Both the position numbers and the translations under genes were made by a program. Of a stretch of DNA of 64,000 nucleotides, positions 1 to 9,634 are shown piece by piece. The notes beneath the pieces were generated by a model. It made no database searches. It was not told the origin of the DNA and saw only the letters and a list, made by a program, of their open reading frames with translations. The stretch spans positions 1,452,323 through 1,516,322 of the forward strand of contig OZ244132.1 in the NCBI GenBank assembly GCA_965215955.1. The letters run 5' to 3'. The first letter of the stretch is position 1. Each line of letters starts with the position of its first letter. The stretch is from Henriciella sp. GTDB lineage: Bacteria; Pseudomonadota; Alphaproteobacteria; Caulobacterales; Hyphomonadaceae.

Positions 1-978
1 GGTGAGCGCTGGCATATCTGTCAGATAGGCCAGGAAATTCTCTCCCATACCGGTGAAGATCAGAGCGGTTGGCCCGGCAATCACCACGAAGACCAAAAGT
101 CCAAAAGCCACGATCATGTTCAAATTGGAGAGCAGTTTGACGCCGCCATCCATGCCGCGGATCACAGAAATAATGGCCAGGGCGGTCATCGCTGAAATCA
201 ATCCAACCTGGATCCATATATTCGGCTCGAAGTCGAACATATAACCGAGGCCGCTAGCTGCTTGGGTGCCGCCCAGGCCAATCGTTGTGGCGAGGCCGAA
301 AATCGTCGAAACGACTGCAAACAGGTCAATCACATGGCCGGGCCAGCCCCAGACGCGCTCTCCGAGGATCGGGTAAAACGCCGATCGAATGGAAAGCGGC
401 AGACCCTTATTGTGCGCGAAAAAGCCGAGCGAGAGGCCGACCACAGCGTAAATCGCCCAGGGTGCAATTCCCCAGTGAAACAGCGTCGCGCTGAAAGCCA
501 AGCGATCCGCTTCCGGCGTGCCGGGCACGGCATTGAGCGGCATTCCAAACCAATCCGTATGATAGGCGAGGGGTTCAGCCGCGCCCCAGAACATGAAGCC
601 GATGCCAACGCCTGCCGCAAACAACATGGCGATCCATGAATGGACTTTATAATCGGGGCTGGCCGCAGACCCGCCGAGTCGAATTCGACCTAAAGGGGAG
701 ACCGCGAGGATCATGCAAAACGTGAAGACCAACACGGGGGTTGCAGCAAACAGCCAGTCAAACGACTGCAAAGTGTGCGCACGCAGTGAACTTAGAAAGG
801 CGCCAGACGCTTCTGGGAACACCAATGTTGCGCCGCCAAATACAAGCACGAGCGTGGCAGCCAGAAAGAAGACTGGATTGTGGACATCAAGCCCGAGGAC
901 TTCAACATTGTCCTGACCGATTTCGTACTCGGTATCATACTCGGTTTCAGAACCGACGATGTGTTCAGTATCAGGCAT
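1..978 (-). CDS. BCCT (betaine/carnitine/choline) family transporter, 5' part; runs off the window's left edge
   Basis: Not in the ORF track. Manual minus-strand translation from ATG at 978 gives MPDTEHIVGSETEYDTEYEIGQDNVEVLGLDVHNPVFF...SWIAMLFAAGVGIGFMFWGAAEPL...FHWGIAPWAIYA...GVKLLSNLNM. These are BCCT signature segments, and the frame is open to base 1. Confidence 0.92.
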   Translation of the reverse strand, partial: MPDTEHIVGSETEYDTEYEIGQDNVEVLGLDVHNPVFFLAATLVLVFGGATLVFPEASGAFLSSLRAHTLQSFDWLFAATPVLVFTFCMILAVSPLGRIRLGGSAASPDYKVHSWIAMLFAAGVGIGFMFWGAAEPLAYHTDWFGMPLNAVPGTPEADRLAFSATLFHWGIAPWAIYAVVGLSLGFFAHNKGLPLSIRSAFYPILGERVWGWPGHVIDLFAVVSTIFGLATTIGLGGTQAASGLGYMFDFEPNIWIQVGLISAMTALAIISVIRGMDGGVKLLSNLNMIVAFGLLVFVVIAGPTALIFTGMGENFLAYLTDMPALT

Positions 979-1270
979 TTATCACCACAATTAGGACAGT
1001 GTTTCAGTCTCATGCACGAATTGTGTCGATGATCAAAGCATTGCACTGACTCTCGTCGGGGAGCCCCATGTCAGTAAGGGCTGAAACTGGCGTATTTTTA
1101 GCACACATTCGCGTTTTAGATGAGTTTTTCTCATGGAAACGCAGCTGAATTGTTTCAATCGTCGAACTATTTGGTAGGTAGCGGGCACCATCGAGAGATC
1201 GCGATTCTGTGCGCCCTGCGTAATTCGGCGTGGGCCTGCGCGATCTGAGCAAACCCCGAGGGGCAAATAC

Positions 1271-3841
1271 ATGTATCGACTAATGAGTGGCGCTTCACTG
1301 ATCGCCATTACGGGTCTTTTTGGTTTGGGCGCAGTCGCCCAGGAAACAGAAGAATCTGACGCTCGTCGTCTTAAACCAGTCACGGTTACAGCCACCAAGC
1401 GCACCGAAAGCGCGCAGAGCATTCCAGTTGCTGTCAACGCGCTAGGTGAGCAAGAGCTCGAATCGCTCGGCGTGAAAAACTTCACCGACTATCTCGTTCA
1501 ACTGCCTGGCGTGACAGCTGGTGGGTCTGGCCCAGGTCAAAACACAATTTACATTCGCGGACTGGCCTCCACGACACCAAACCTGACGACGGCAGGCGTT
1601 GCGGGTCTGGCGCCAAACGTTGCCTTCTATCTCGACGAGCAACCGCTCGGGCAGCCTGGCCGTAACCTGGACGTCTACGCAGCCGACTTGCAGCGCGTCG
1701 AAGTTCTGTCCGGTCCACAAGGCACGCTTTTTGGGGCGAGCTCTCAGGCCGGTACCGTCCGACTGATCACCAACAAGCCTGATCCGAACGGGGTTTCAGC
1801 CTCCTTGAAAGCTTCAACGGCGTTCACTGATGGCGGCGAAATGAGCAACAGCGTCGAGGCGATGCTGAACGTCCCGGTGTCTGACAAGCTCGCCCTGCGC
1901 GGGGTGGTCTATGTCGATAATCAAGGCGGTTACATCGACAATGTTGGCGGGACCCGAACAGCAGCAGATTCTGCGCGGTTCCGGTCTGCGGGCACGGTTC
2001 GAGACAATGGCGTGGTCGTGTCGTCTGGCCGTGAAGGCTTCCAGGCTGGTGCCGATCTTTCTGCGGTGAACTTCATCGCTGCGAACAATTCGAGCCTCGT
2101 TGAAAATGACTTCAACGATACGCGATATGCGGGCTTCCGTTTGTCAGGGTCTTATGAGTTCAACAGTGACTGGAGCCTGCTCGTGTCGCACGCCCAGCAG
2201 CAGCTGGACAGTGAAGGCGTCTTCTTCGCCGATCCTGAGCTTGATGATTATGACATCGAACGCTTCTCCGATGATGATATCGAAGATAGCTTCCACAATA
2301 CGAATTGGACGCTTGAAGGCCGCCTCGGCATGCTGGAGGCGCTTTACACCGGCGCTTATACAGAGCGGACCACGGATCAGACGGTCGACTACTCAGACTA
2401 TCTCTTCGTCGGCCAATACCTTCCATATTATATCTGTGATGGGTCAGTGACGTATCCAGGAGCAGCCGGTCCTGCCGGAACCTGTCAGGCGCCAAACCTG
2501 TTCGTGCGGTCTTCCACAGAGACCACTGTTCAGACCCATGAATTGCGTTTCAATACGCCGCGTGAAAACCGTCTGCGGGCGACATTCGGCGCGTTTTATT
2601 CTGACCTCGAACTCGCTGAGCTGAACGACTTTACCTATCCAGGGTCAGAGTTGGTTGTTGGATTTAATGGTGTGGTTGGCTTTGGCCCGAACTTCCCGCT
2701 GACCAATACTTCGGTAACGGGGACAATTGGCAACGCTGCCCCTGGCTATTTCAGTGATCCTGGTCCGTTCCCAGAAGGCGTTATTTTCCGAAATGACATT
2801 TTGCGTACGGACGAACAATTGGGTGCATTTGGTGAGGCGACATTCGATCTGACAGATCAATTTGCGATCACTGTCGGTGCGCGCTGGTACGACATTGAGG
2901 TTGATTTGGAAGGCTCGGCGAACTCGTCCTTCGGTAACCTCGGCGCCACAACAGATGCACAGTCATTTGGGACAAACATCTCGGCTCAGTTCGCGCCAGA
3001 CAACACAGTCGGCGCCCCCGACAAAGCGGCGACAGACGGCGTGATCTACAAGTTCACCGGAACCTGGACGCCGAACAGCGATCTATTGTTCTACGCCACA
3101 TATTCTGAGGGCTTCCGTCCCGGACTGCTGAACCGCCCAGGCGGCCGAACCAATCCAGCTGGAAACTACACCGTGCCGTTTGCCGTTGATACGGATGATG
3201 TCCAGAACTACGAGCTCGGTTGGAAAACGGAGCTGTTCGGCAACTCTCTGCGCTTCAATGGCTCTGCCTTCTTCGTCGAGATTGAAGGATTGCAAACGAC
3301 AATTTTCGATCCTTCGATCGTCAACTTGTTCTTCTCAGACAACGCGGCGAACGCGGAGATCCAGGGCCTTGAAGGCGACTTTACCTGGGCACCGTATTCC
3401 GTGGATGGTTTGACCATTGCTGGCGCGTTCTCGCTCCTCGATACCGAAGTGACGGAAGTGCTTGTGCCGACCAATGATGTGGTTGTCGGATCAGACTTGG
3501 CATTCGCGCCAGCCTGGCAGGGTAATATTCGCGCGCGCTATGAGTGGGATTTGGAGCGTCAGATTGACGGTCAGTCTCTCACCGCGCACGTCATGCCCCA
3601 GCTGGTCTTCTCTGATGACTCAGTCAGCGACATTATCGAGATCAACAAGGCAGACGTTGATGGCTATGTGACCCTTGGCGGCACGCTGGGTGTCACGGCG
3701 GATCAGTGGTCCGCAGAGATCTATGCCACCAACCTGACCAATGAATATGCCGAGTTGAGCAACAATTTTGTGTTTGACCGCGAGCGCGTAACACCGCTGC
3801 GTCCACGGACAATTGGTGTTCGGGTTGGGTATGATTTCTAA
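1271..3841 (+). CDS. TonB-dependent outer-membrane receptor (856 aa)
   Basis: Signal peptide, TonB-box-like VTVTATKR, plug motifs (NTIYIRG; VEVLSGPQGTLFGASSQAGTVRLIT), C-terminal RPRTIGVRVGYDF with terminal Phe. Confidence 0.95.
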   Translation: MYRLMSGASLIAITGLFGLGAVAQETEESDARRLKPVTVTATKRTESAQSIPVAVNALGEQELESLGVKNFTDYLVQLPGVTAGGSGPGQNTIYIRGLASTTPNLTTAGVAGLAPNVAFYLDEQPLGQPGRNLDVYAADLQRVEVLSGPQGTLFGASSQAGTVRLITNKPDPNGVSASLKASTAFTDGGEMSNSVEAMLNVPVSDKLALRGVVYVDNQGGYIDNVGGTRTAADSARFRSAGTVRDNGVVVSSGREGFQAGADLSAVNFIAANNSSLVENDFNDTRYAGFRLSGSYEFNSDWSLLVSHAQQQLDSEGVFFADPELDDYDIERFSDDDIEDSFHNTNWTLEGRLGMLEALYTGAYTERTTDQTVDYSDYLFVGQYLPYYICDGSVTYPGAAGPAGTCQAPNLFVRSSTETTVQTHELRFNTPRENRLRATFGAFYSDLELAELNDFTYPGSELVVGFNGVVGFGPNFPLTNTSVTGTIGNAAPGYFSDPGPFPEGVIFRNDILRTDEQLGAFGEATFDLTDQFAITVGARWYDIEVDLEGSANSSFGNLGATTDAQSFGTNISAQFAPDNTVGAPDKAATDGVIYKFTGTWTPNSDLLFYATYSEGFRPGLLNRPGGRTNPAGNYTVPFAVDTDDVQNYELGWKTELFGNSLRFNGSAFFVEIEGLQTTIFDPSIVNLFFSDNAANAEIQGLEGDFTWAPYSVDGLTIAGAFSLLDTEVTEVLVPTNDVVVGSDLAFAPAWQGNIRARYEWDLERQIDGQSLTAHVMPQLVFSDDSVSDIIEINKADVDGYVTLGGTLGVTADQWSAEIYATNLTNEYAELSNNFVFDRERVTPLRPRTIGVRVGYDF

Positions 3842-3865
3842 CCCATAGCAAAATGCTTAAACAGA

Positions 3866-3899
3866 GCAGCGTCTTGATCCGTCAGGACGCTGCCTTTTT
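3866..3899 (+). terminator. Intrinsic terminator-like hairpin between the TonB receptor and the sulfotransferase
   Basis: Stem GCAGCGTCTTGA (3866-3877) / TCAGGACGCTGC (3882-3893), 4-nt loop, followed by CTTTTT. Confidence 0.7.
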
Positions 3900-5924
3900 A
3901 TGAGCCCGATCATGAAAGAAACCACGTCACCTTCACGCGCGGATCAAATCAAGCAAGCGCAAGTGGCTTTGCAGTCCGGGCGGTTTGATAATGCCGCTGC
4001 GCTGGCAGCGGCGCTTCTTTCTCAGGATCGTGAAGATCAAGACGGGCACTATTTGGCGGCGGTCGCGGCGCGCTATCTTGGGCAATCTGATGCTGCGAAG
4101 GATCACATAAACGCCCTGAAACAAATCTCCCCCGATTATGGGCGCGCCTTTCAAGAAGAAGGTCATTTGCTGAGGCAGCTTGCCGACCCTGAAGGCGCTT
4201 TGCGAGCATTTCAGAATGCGACGCGCTGCAATCCGGCGCTGACCGCGAGCTGGCAGGCGCAGGCCGATCTTCTCAACGCGGCGGGCAGAGGACCGGAAGC
4301 GGTGCAAGCGCTGGCGCAACTTGAGCGGATCAAAGCGCTGCCGCGCGAACTTATCGCTGTCACCAACCATCTCTATGAGGGGCGGATATTACGCGCTGAG
4401 GAAATCGCCCGCGCCTTTCTACGAAAGTCACCTCACCACATTGAGGGGATGCGCCTGCTCGCTGAGATCGGCACACGGCTTGGTGTGCATGAAGACGCTG
4501 ATTTCTTGCTGGAAACAGCATTGGAGCTGGAGCCGGAGAACATCCAGCTGCGCATTGATCACATCCAGGTCCTGCGCAAACGCCAAAAATTCTCCGCCGC
4601 GCTCCAGCAAGCCAAAGCCCTGTTGGAGCGCGACCCTCAGAATCCGGTGTTTCTGTCGCTGTTTGCCATTGAGAGCATGCAGGCAGGGCAATATGAAACG
4701 GCGCTCGAAGCCTTTGATCAGGTTTTGGCGACCCTGCCAGAAGACCCAGCAACTCTGACGTCGCGCGGGCATGCGTTAAAAACCTATGGGCGATCTGAGG
4801 ATGCCATTGCGTCTTATCGCTCAGCCCTCGAAGCGGCGCCAAATTACGGGGATGCCTGGTACGCTTTGGCGAACTTGAAGACGTTCCGGTTCAGTGATGA
4901 AGAGATCGCGCAAATGCAGGCCTTGCAGACGGCGCCGGATCTCAGCTTCATGTCGCGGATCCACATCGCCTTCGCGCTTGGAAAAGCCTATGAGGATCAG
5001 GGCAATTTCGCGCGCGCCTTTGAGAATTATGAGCACGGTAATCGCTTGAAAAGGCGGCAGACGCGCTACACCACTGAGCAAATGCTGGCTGAGTTTGAGG
5101 CGCAAAAACGCTATGTCACAGCGGATGTGATCGCCCAGCAATCAGGTCAGGGCTGCAACGCGCCCGATCCGATTTTTATCGTCGGGCTCCCCCGCGCTGG
5201 ATCAACCTTGATCGAGCAGATCCTCGCATCGCACAGCCAGGTGGATGGGACGCTCGAGCTGCCAAACATATTGTCGCTCGCGCACCGATTGCGCGGGCGA
5301 AACCTTGTCAGTGATCGCGATCGATATCCGCGCATTTTGTCAGAGCTTTCGGCGGAGGATCTAACCGCCTTAGGAGCTGACTATATCGAGAACACGCGTG
5401 TGCACCGCCAATCTGCACCGTTTTTTACCGACAAGATGCCGAACAATTTCCGGCATATTGGGCTGATCCACTTAATCCTGCCAAATGCAAGAATCATCGA
5501 CGCGCGACGGGCGCCGCTCGATTGTTGTTGGTCTGGCTTCAAGCAATTGTTCGCCGAAGGGCAGGAGTTCACATACGGACTTGCTGAAATTGGTAGCTAC
5601 TATCGCGCCTATGTCGATCTGATGGATCACTGGACGCAGGTCCTTCCGGCCAATCGGGTGCTCAAGGTTCAGCATGAGGATGTGCTGAGCGACCTTGAAG
5701 GGCAGGTGCGGCGGATCCTGGATTATTGTGAATTGCCGTTCGAGCAGGAGTGCGTAAACTTCCACGAAACGCAACGAGCTGTGCGAACCGCGAGCTCTGA
5801 ACAAGTGCGTCAGCCTCTAAACAGAGCCGGACAAAACCAATGGCGAGCTTTTGAGTCTTATCTGACGCCTCTAAAGGAGGCTTTGGGAGATGTGCTCGAA
5901 CAAAATGAAGGGAGCGAGCTATGA
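3900..5924 (+). CDS. TPR-repeat sulfotransferase family protein (674 aa; start may be 3912)
   Basis: N-terminal helical TPR-like repeats. C-terminal PAPS-binding loop IFIVGLPRAGSTLIEQIL, plus FTDKMPNNF, RRAPLDCCWS and VRTASSEQVRQP. No signal peptide seen. Confidence 0.9.
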   Translation: MSPIMKETTSPSRADQIKQAQVALQSGRFDNAAALAAALLSQDREDQDGHYLAAVAARYLGQSDAAKDHINALKQISPDYGRAFQEEGHLLRQLADPEGALRAFQNATRCNPALTASWQAQADLLNAAGRGPEAVQALAQLERIKALPRELIAVTNHLYEGRILRAEEIARAFLRKSPHHIEGMRLLAEIGTRLGVHEDADFLLETALELEPENIQLRIDHIQVLRKRQKFSAALQQAKALLERDPQNPVFLSLFAIESMQAGQYETALEAFDQVLATLPEDPATLTSRGHALKTYGRSEDAIASYRSALEAAPNYGDAWYALANLKTFRFSDEEIAQMQALQTAPDLSFMSRIHIAFALGKAYEDQGNFARAFENYEHGNRLKRRQTRYTTEQMLAEFEAQKRYVTADVIAQQSGQGCNAPDPIFIVGLPRAGSTLIEQILASHSQVDGTLELPNILSLAHRLRGRNLVSDRDRYPRILSELSAEDLTALGADYIENTRVHRQSAPFFTDKMPNNFRHIGLIHLILPNARIIDARRAPLDCCWSGFKQLFAEGQEFTYGLAEIGSYYRAYVDLMDHWTQVLPANRVLKVQHEDVLSDLEGQVRRILDYCELPFEQECVNFHETQRAVRTASSEQVRQPLNRAGQNQWRAFESYLTPLKEALGDVLEQNEGSEL

Positions 5925-6403
5925 CGCGGCGATCTGAGGACGCGCTGATTGCATTGCGCCAAATACAGCGGCGCACCGAGCAGGCCTCGAAACGACTCGC
6001 CGCGATGGCGGGGCTAACCCCTTCGCAACTGCTCGTGATGCAAATCCTGAGTGAGCGCGGTGAGGTGTCTGCCGGTGAGCTCTCAAAAATGACTCAGCTA
6101 AAGCATGCCACGATCACGACGCTTGTCGACAAGTTGGTGACGCGAGGTTTGCTGTCTCGGCGGCGCTGCGATGAGGACCGTCGCCGTGTTTGGCTGACGC
6201 TCTTGCCGGACGGGCAAAAGGCCATCACCGCCGCGCCGGATCTGCTTCAGGATACGTTCGAGACACGGTTCGAAAAACTGCCAGACTGGCATCAAGCGAT
6301 GTTGGTGTCGTCGCTTGAGCGGATCGCGGCATTGCTCGACGCTGAAGACCTGGAGGCTGCACCGATCCTGGATGTTGGCGCCTTGGACGAGCGACCGGCA
6401 TAA
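5921..6403 (+). CDS. MarR-family transcriptional regulator, EctR-like
   Basis: Winged-helix motifs GLTPSQLLVMQIL and DEDRRRVWLTL. The C-terminal LERIAALLDAEDLEAAPIL resembles EctR-type MarR proteins (from recall). ATGA overlap with the sulfotransferase stop. Confidence 0.88.
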   Translation: MTRRSEDALIALRQIQRRTEQASKRLAAMAGLTPSQLLVMQILSERGEVSAGELSKMTQLKHATITTLVDKLVTRGLLSRRRCDEDRRRVWLTLLPDGQKAITAAPDLLQDTFETRFEKLPDWHQAMLVSSLERIAALLDAEDLEAAPILDVGALDERPA

Positions 6404-6514
6404 GCTCTCATGCTAAGCGCGTGATGCTGTTGTCGCTTCGTACGCCATTGATTTATCCGGTTTATTGGTGGACCAGATCATTCGAAGACTGATCGGCGTT
6501 TTGAGGAGAGTCTG

Positions 6515-9500
6515 GTGTCGCCATTGCCATTACCGCTTTCGCACCTGTTCAACCCGCGCCTGACCTCGCTGGGACGCCTCGAGGCGCGCGCAAATTTGCA
6601 GGCGTTTCCAGACCCAGCCGCGCTCCAAGCAGGGACATCGCCTTGGCGTGCTTCGTTAGATGGCGACTGGCGATTCCAACTTGCAGAGCGTCCAGATGCA
6701 GCGCCCGCAGACTGGACCGCATCCGACAAAACCGGAGCGCCGTGGCGGGACATTCAGGTGCCGGGTGTTTGGACCCGGCAAGACACGGGCGACCTTCCAC
6801 ACTATGCGAACTGGCAGATGCCTTTTGAGTGTCAGAAGCCGTCCGCTGTCCCTGAAGGCAATCCAACCGGCTTGTACCGCACCACGATTTCGGTGCCTGA
6901 GGTCTGGCAGGATCGTCGTACAATTCTCCATATCGGAGGGTTTGAGAGCATGGTCCTCGTCTGGTGCAATCAGGTCTTTATCGGGATGGCGAAGGACTCG
7001 CGGCTACCAAGTGAGTTCGACCTTTCAGAAGCGGTACAGCCGGGCGAGAACGAGCTCGCACTGATGGTCGTGCGCTGGTGCGATGCGACCTGGATTGAAG
7101 ATCAAGACCATTGGAACCATGGCGGGCTGCATCGCTCCGTCTGGCTTGAGTCGCGGGGTGCAACGCATCTTGAAGATTTGGTCGTGGAGACTGATTTTGA
7201 CCCGCAATCCCATGCCGGCAGGGCATCTATTCGCGCGGTCGTAAACGGCGACTCGGCGGGTTGGTCTGTGCGCGCGCGCTTAAAGAAGGCGGACAGTGCG
7301 GGGGTGATCGCGGAAGCCGCATCGCCGGTCGAGCAATTCGACACCGCACAACCGGTCGGCGGGCAGTGGGCGCAGTCTTACAGCTTTGAAGGTTATGCGG
7401 CGTCCCTTGGATTGGATCTTTCAAACGCCTCGCCATGGTCTGCGGAGATTCCCAATCGCTACCGGCTGATCACAGAGCTGCTCAATCCGAGTGGCGCTGT
7501 TCAAGAAGTGCATGAGACCGGGATCGGCTTCACACGGATTGAAACAACGGGCCGGCGGCTCTCGGTAAATGGGCGCCCGGTGGTTTTGATCGGGGTCAAT
7601 CGCCACGACCACCATCCCAACAATGGAAAAACCTGCAACCGCGAAGATATCCGCGCCGAATTGGTGACGATGAAGCAACACAATATCAACGCGATCCGAA
7701 CCGCGCATTATCCGAATGATCCAGCTTTGCTCGATCTTGCGGATGAGCTCGGCTTCTACGTGATTGATGAGGCCAATGTCGAATGCCATGCGCGTTGGTC
7801 GGAAGTCGCGCATCAGCCGGATTTTTTGCCTGCCATTGTCGAGCGCACGACCCGAATGATCGCGCGGGACCGCAATCATCCTTGCATCATCGGCTGGTCG
7901 CTCGGGAACGAGGCTGGACATGGCCCCGCCCATGATGCGGCGGCCGCCGCGGCGCGCCATCTCGATCCAACTCGCTTTGTTCATTACGAAGGCGCTGTGT
8001 CTTTGCGCCTGAGCTTTCCTTTTGGGCGATCGCCTGAGACCACTCAGCAAGCCCCGAGCGCTGTAGAGCTCGCAGTGACGGACGTGGTCTGTCCGATGTA
8101 TCCGCCGATTGATCATATCGTCGATTGGGCACGCTGGGCTGAAAAGACCGGCGGCGATGATCGACCGCTAATCCTGTGTGAGTTCTCTCATGCTATGGGC
8201 AACTCGAACGGGTCGCTGAGCGCCTATGTTGAGGCCTTCTTTGATGAACCTGCGCTGGCGGGCGGCTTTGTTTGGGATTGGCGCGACCAAGGGCTCGCAG
8301 AGGCAGATGCGCAAGGTCGTTTCTATTGGTCCTATGGCGGGCACTATGGCGACGAGCCGAATGATGCCAATTTCAGTATTAATGGCCTGGTCGGCCCGGA
8401 CGGTGTGCCGCATCCAGCCCTGCGCGAATATATGTGGGCGGCGCGTCCCGTCACGACCGAGCTGACGGATCAGCAAAGCCTTTGCCTCAGCAATCGACGC
8501 GTCTTCCAAGACACCAGTGATTTAGAGATGCGTTGGCGCCTCTTGAATGATGGCCGGGAGGTTGAAGCTGGCCGCAGCGACGTGCTGATCGACCCTGGAA
8601 GCTCCGTTGAGATTGACCTGCCATTTCGTTCCGATCTCGCATCGTCCGGCGATTGGCATTTAGATGTTTCTTGGCATTTGAAAGCCGATTGCTCATGGGG
8701 TGATGCCGGACAGCAAGTCGCCTGGGATCAACTCGATTTGAGGTCTGCGCAACGCGTTGCGGAGGAAACTCGTGCACCACTGATTGATGCAGGCGTACTC
8801 AAGCATGCGGGGCTAACGGTTGCCGTGTCCGATCATGAGGGCGTCACATCGATTGGCGCGGACAATGGTGAGATTGTCAGCTCGCCAATCTCGCTCTGCC
8901 TCTGGCGCGCACCAACAGATAATGATGGCGGGAAACCTGGATCCCGTCCGCTGTTCAAGAACCGCACGGGCCAGTGGGTAGGGTTCGGACTAAACGCAAT
9001 GCAATCGAGCGCATGTCATCAACGACAAGACGCAAACGGCCTGTCGATTGAGCGCAAATGGGAGGGTGCGGATGGCGTCTTCGCGGAGCACCGAAGTCTT
9101 TGGTCGGTGTCAGACAATGCGATTGTCGTGGATGAGACGATTACCATTCCAGAGGCTTGGATGGATCTACCGCGGATCGGAATCCGGTTTGAGGTGCCGA
9201 GCGCTTTTGACCGGCTGGAGTGGTATGGCCTTGGGCCCGATGAGTCCTATCCGGATCGCCATTTGGCGCAGACCGTTGGGCGCTGGTCATCAACGGTGAT
9301 CCATCAATATCATCCTTATGTGCGTCCGCAGGAATATGGCGCGCATGAGCAGTGTCGATGGTTAAGCCTCACAGATGAGCAGGGGGATGGTTTGAAGATC
9401 ATCCTGCCGAAGCCTTTGAGCTTTACCGCGCGGCCGCACCATGATGCTGATCTAAACGAGGCGGAGACGCTGGCTGAGCTTCGACCCGCGGCAACGACCG

Positions 9501-9634
9501 AGGTCCATATTGATGTAGCGATGCGCGGCCTCGGCACGGGCGCTTGCGGGCCAGATGCCTTGCCGCAATATCGCGTTGGCCCTGGAACCTATACGTTCCG
9601 CTGGATGCTGCAGGCGATCTCGCGCTCGGATTAG
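6515..9634 (+). CDS. lacZ: GH2 beta-galactosidase (LacZ/EbgA-like, 1039 aa), cytoplasmic
   Basis: GVNRHDHHP, NINAIRTAHYPN, acid/base WSLGNE, nucleophile LILCEFSHAMGNS, GGFVWDWRDQ and a small-chain C-terminal domain (WYGLGPDESYPDR). GTG start with GAGGAG RBS. Confidence 0.9.
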   Translation: MSPLPLPLSHLFNPRLTSLGRLEARANLQAFPDPAALQAGTSPWRASLDGDWRFQLAERPDAAPADWTASDKTGAPWRDIQVPGVWTRQDTGDLPHYANWQMPFECQKPSAVPEGNPTGLYRTTISVPEVWQDRRTILHIGGFESMVLVWCNQVFIGMAKDSRLPSEFDLSEAVQPGENELALMVVRWCDATWIEDQDHWNHGGLHRSVWLESRGATHLEDLVVETDFDPQSHAGRASIRAVVNGDSAGWSVRARLKKADSAGVIAEAASPVEQFDTAQPVGGQWAQSYSFEGYAASLGLDLSNASPWSAEIPNRYRLITELLNPSGAVQEVHETGIGFTRIETTGRRLSVNGRPVVLIGVNRHDHHPNNGKTCNREDIRAELVTMKQHNINAIRTAHYPNDPALLDLADELGFYVIDEANVECHARWSEVAHQPDFLPAIVERTTRMIARDRNHPCIIGWSLGNEAGHGPAHDAAAAAARHLDPTRFVHYEGAVSLRLSFPFGRSPETTQQAPSAVELAVTDVVCPMYPPIDHIVDWARWAEKTGGDDRPLILCEFSHAMGNSNGSLSAYVEAFFDEPALAGGFVWDWRDQGLAEADAQGRFYWSYGGHYGDEPNDANFSINGLVGPDGVPHPALREYMWAARPVTTELTDQQSLCLSNRRVFQDTSDLEMRWRLLNDGREVEAGRSDVLIDPGSSVEIDLPFRSDLASSGDWHLDVSWHLKADCSWGDAGQQVAWDQLDLRSAQRVAEETRAPLIDAGVLKHAGLTVAVSDHEGVTSIGADNGEIVSSPISLCLWRAPTDNDGGKPGSRPLFKNRTGQWVGFGLNAMQSSACHQRQDANGLSIERKWEGADGVFAEHRSLWSVSDNAIVVDETITIPEAWMDLPRIGIRFEVPSAFDRLEWYGLGPDESYPDRHLAQTVGRWSSTVIHQYHPYVRPQEYGAHEQCRWLSLTDEQGDGLKIILPKPLSFTARPHHDADLNEAETLAELRPAATTEVHIDVAMRGLGTGACGPDALPQYRVGPGTYTFRWMLQAISRSD

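Noticed and set aside
262-1049. Plus-strand ORFs 262-639, 713-916 and 741-1049
   Set aside because: They are shadows of the minus-strand BCCT gene (1-978), which the track missed because it is truncated by the window edge.
1088-1157. Sigma54-like GG-N10-GC at 1089-1102 and short palindromes (ATGAG-N5-CTCAT; a BetI-like TGAA...TTCA)
   Set aside because: The matches are weak (TAGC at -12, 4-5 bp arms, wrong spacing for BetI) and could arise by chance.
1196-1246. Possible riboswitch (e.g. cobalamin) in the leader of the first TonB receptor
   Set aside because: Only an 8-bp stem (AGATCGCG/CGCGATCT) is visible. The conserved cobalamin, TPP or glycine riboswitch elements are not. An Rfam/Infernal scan would be decisive.
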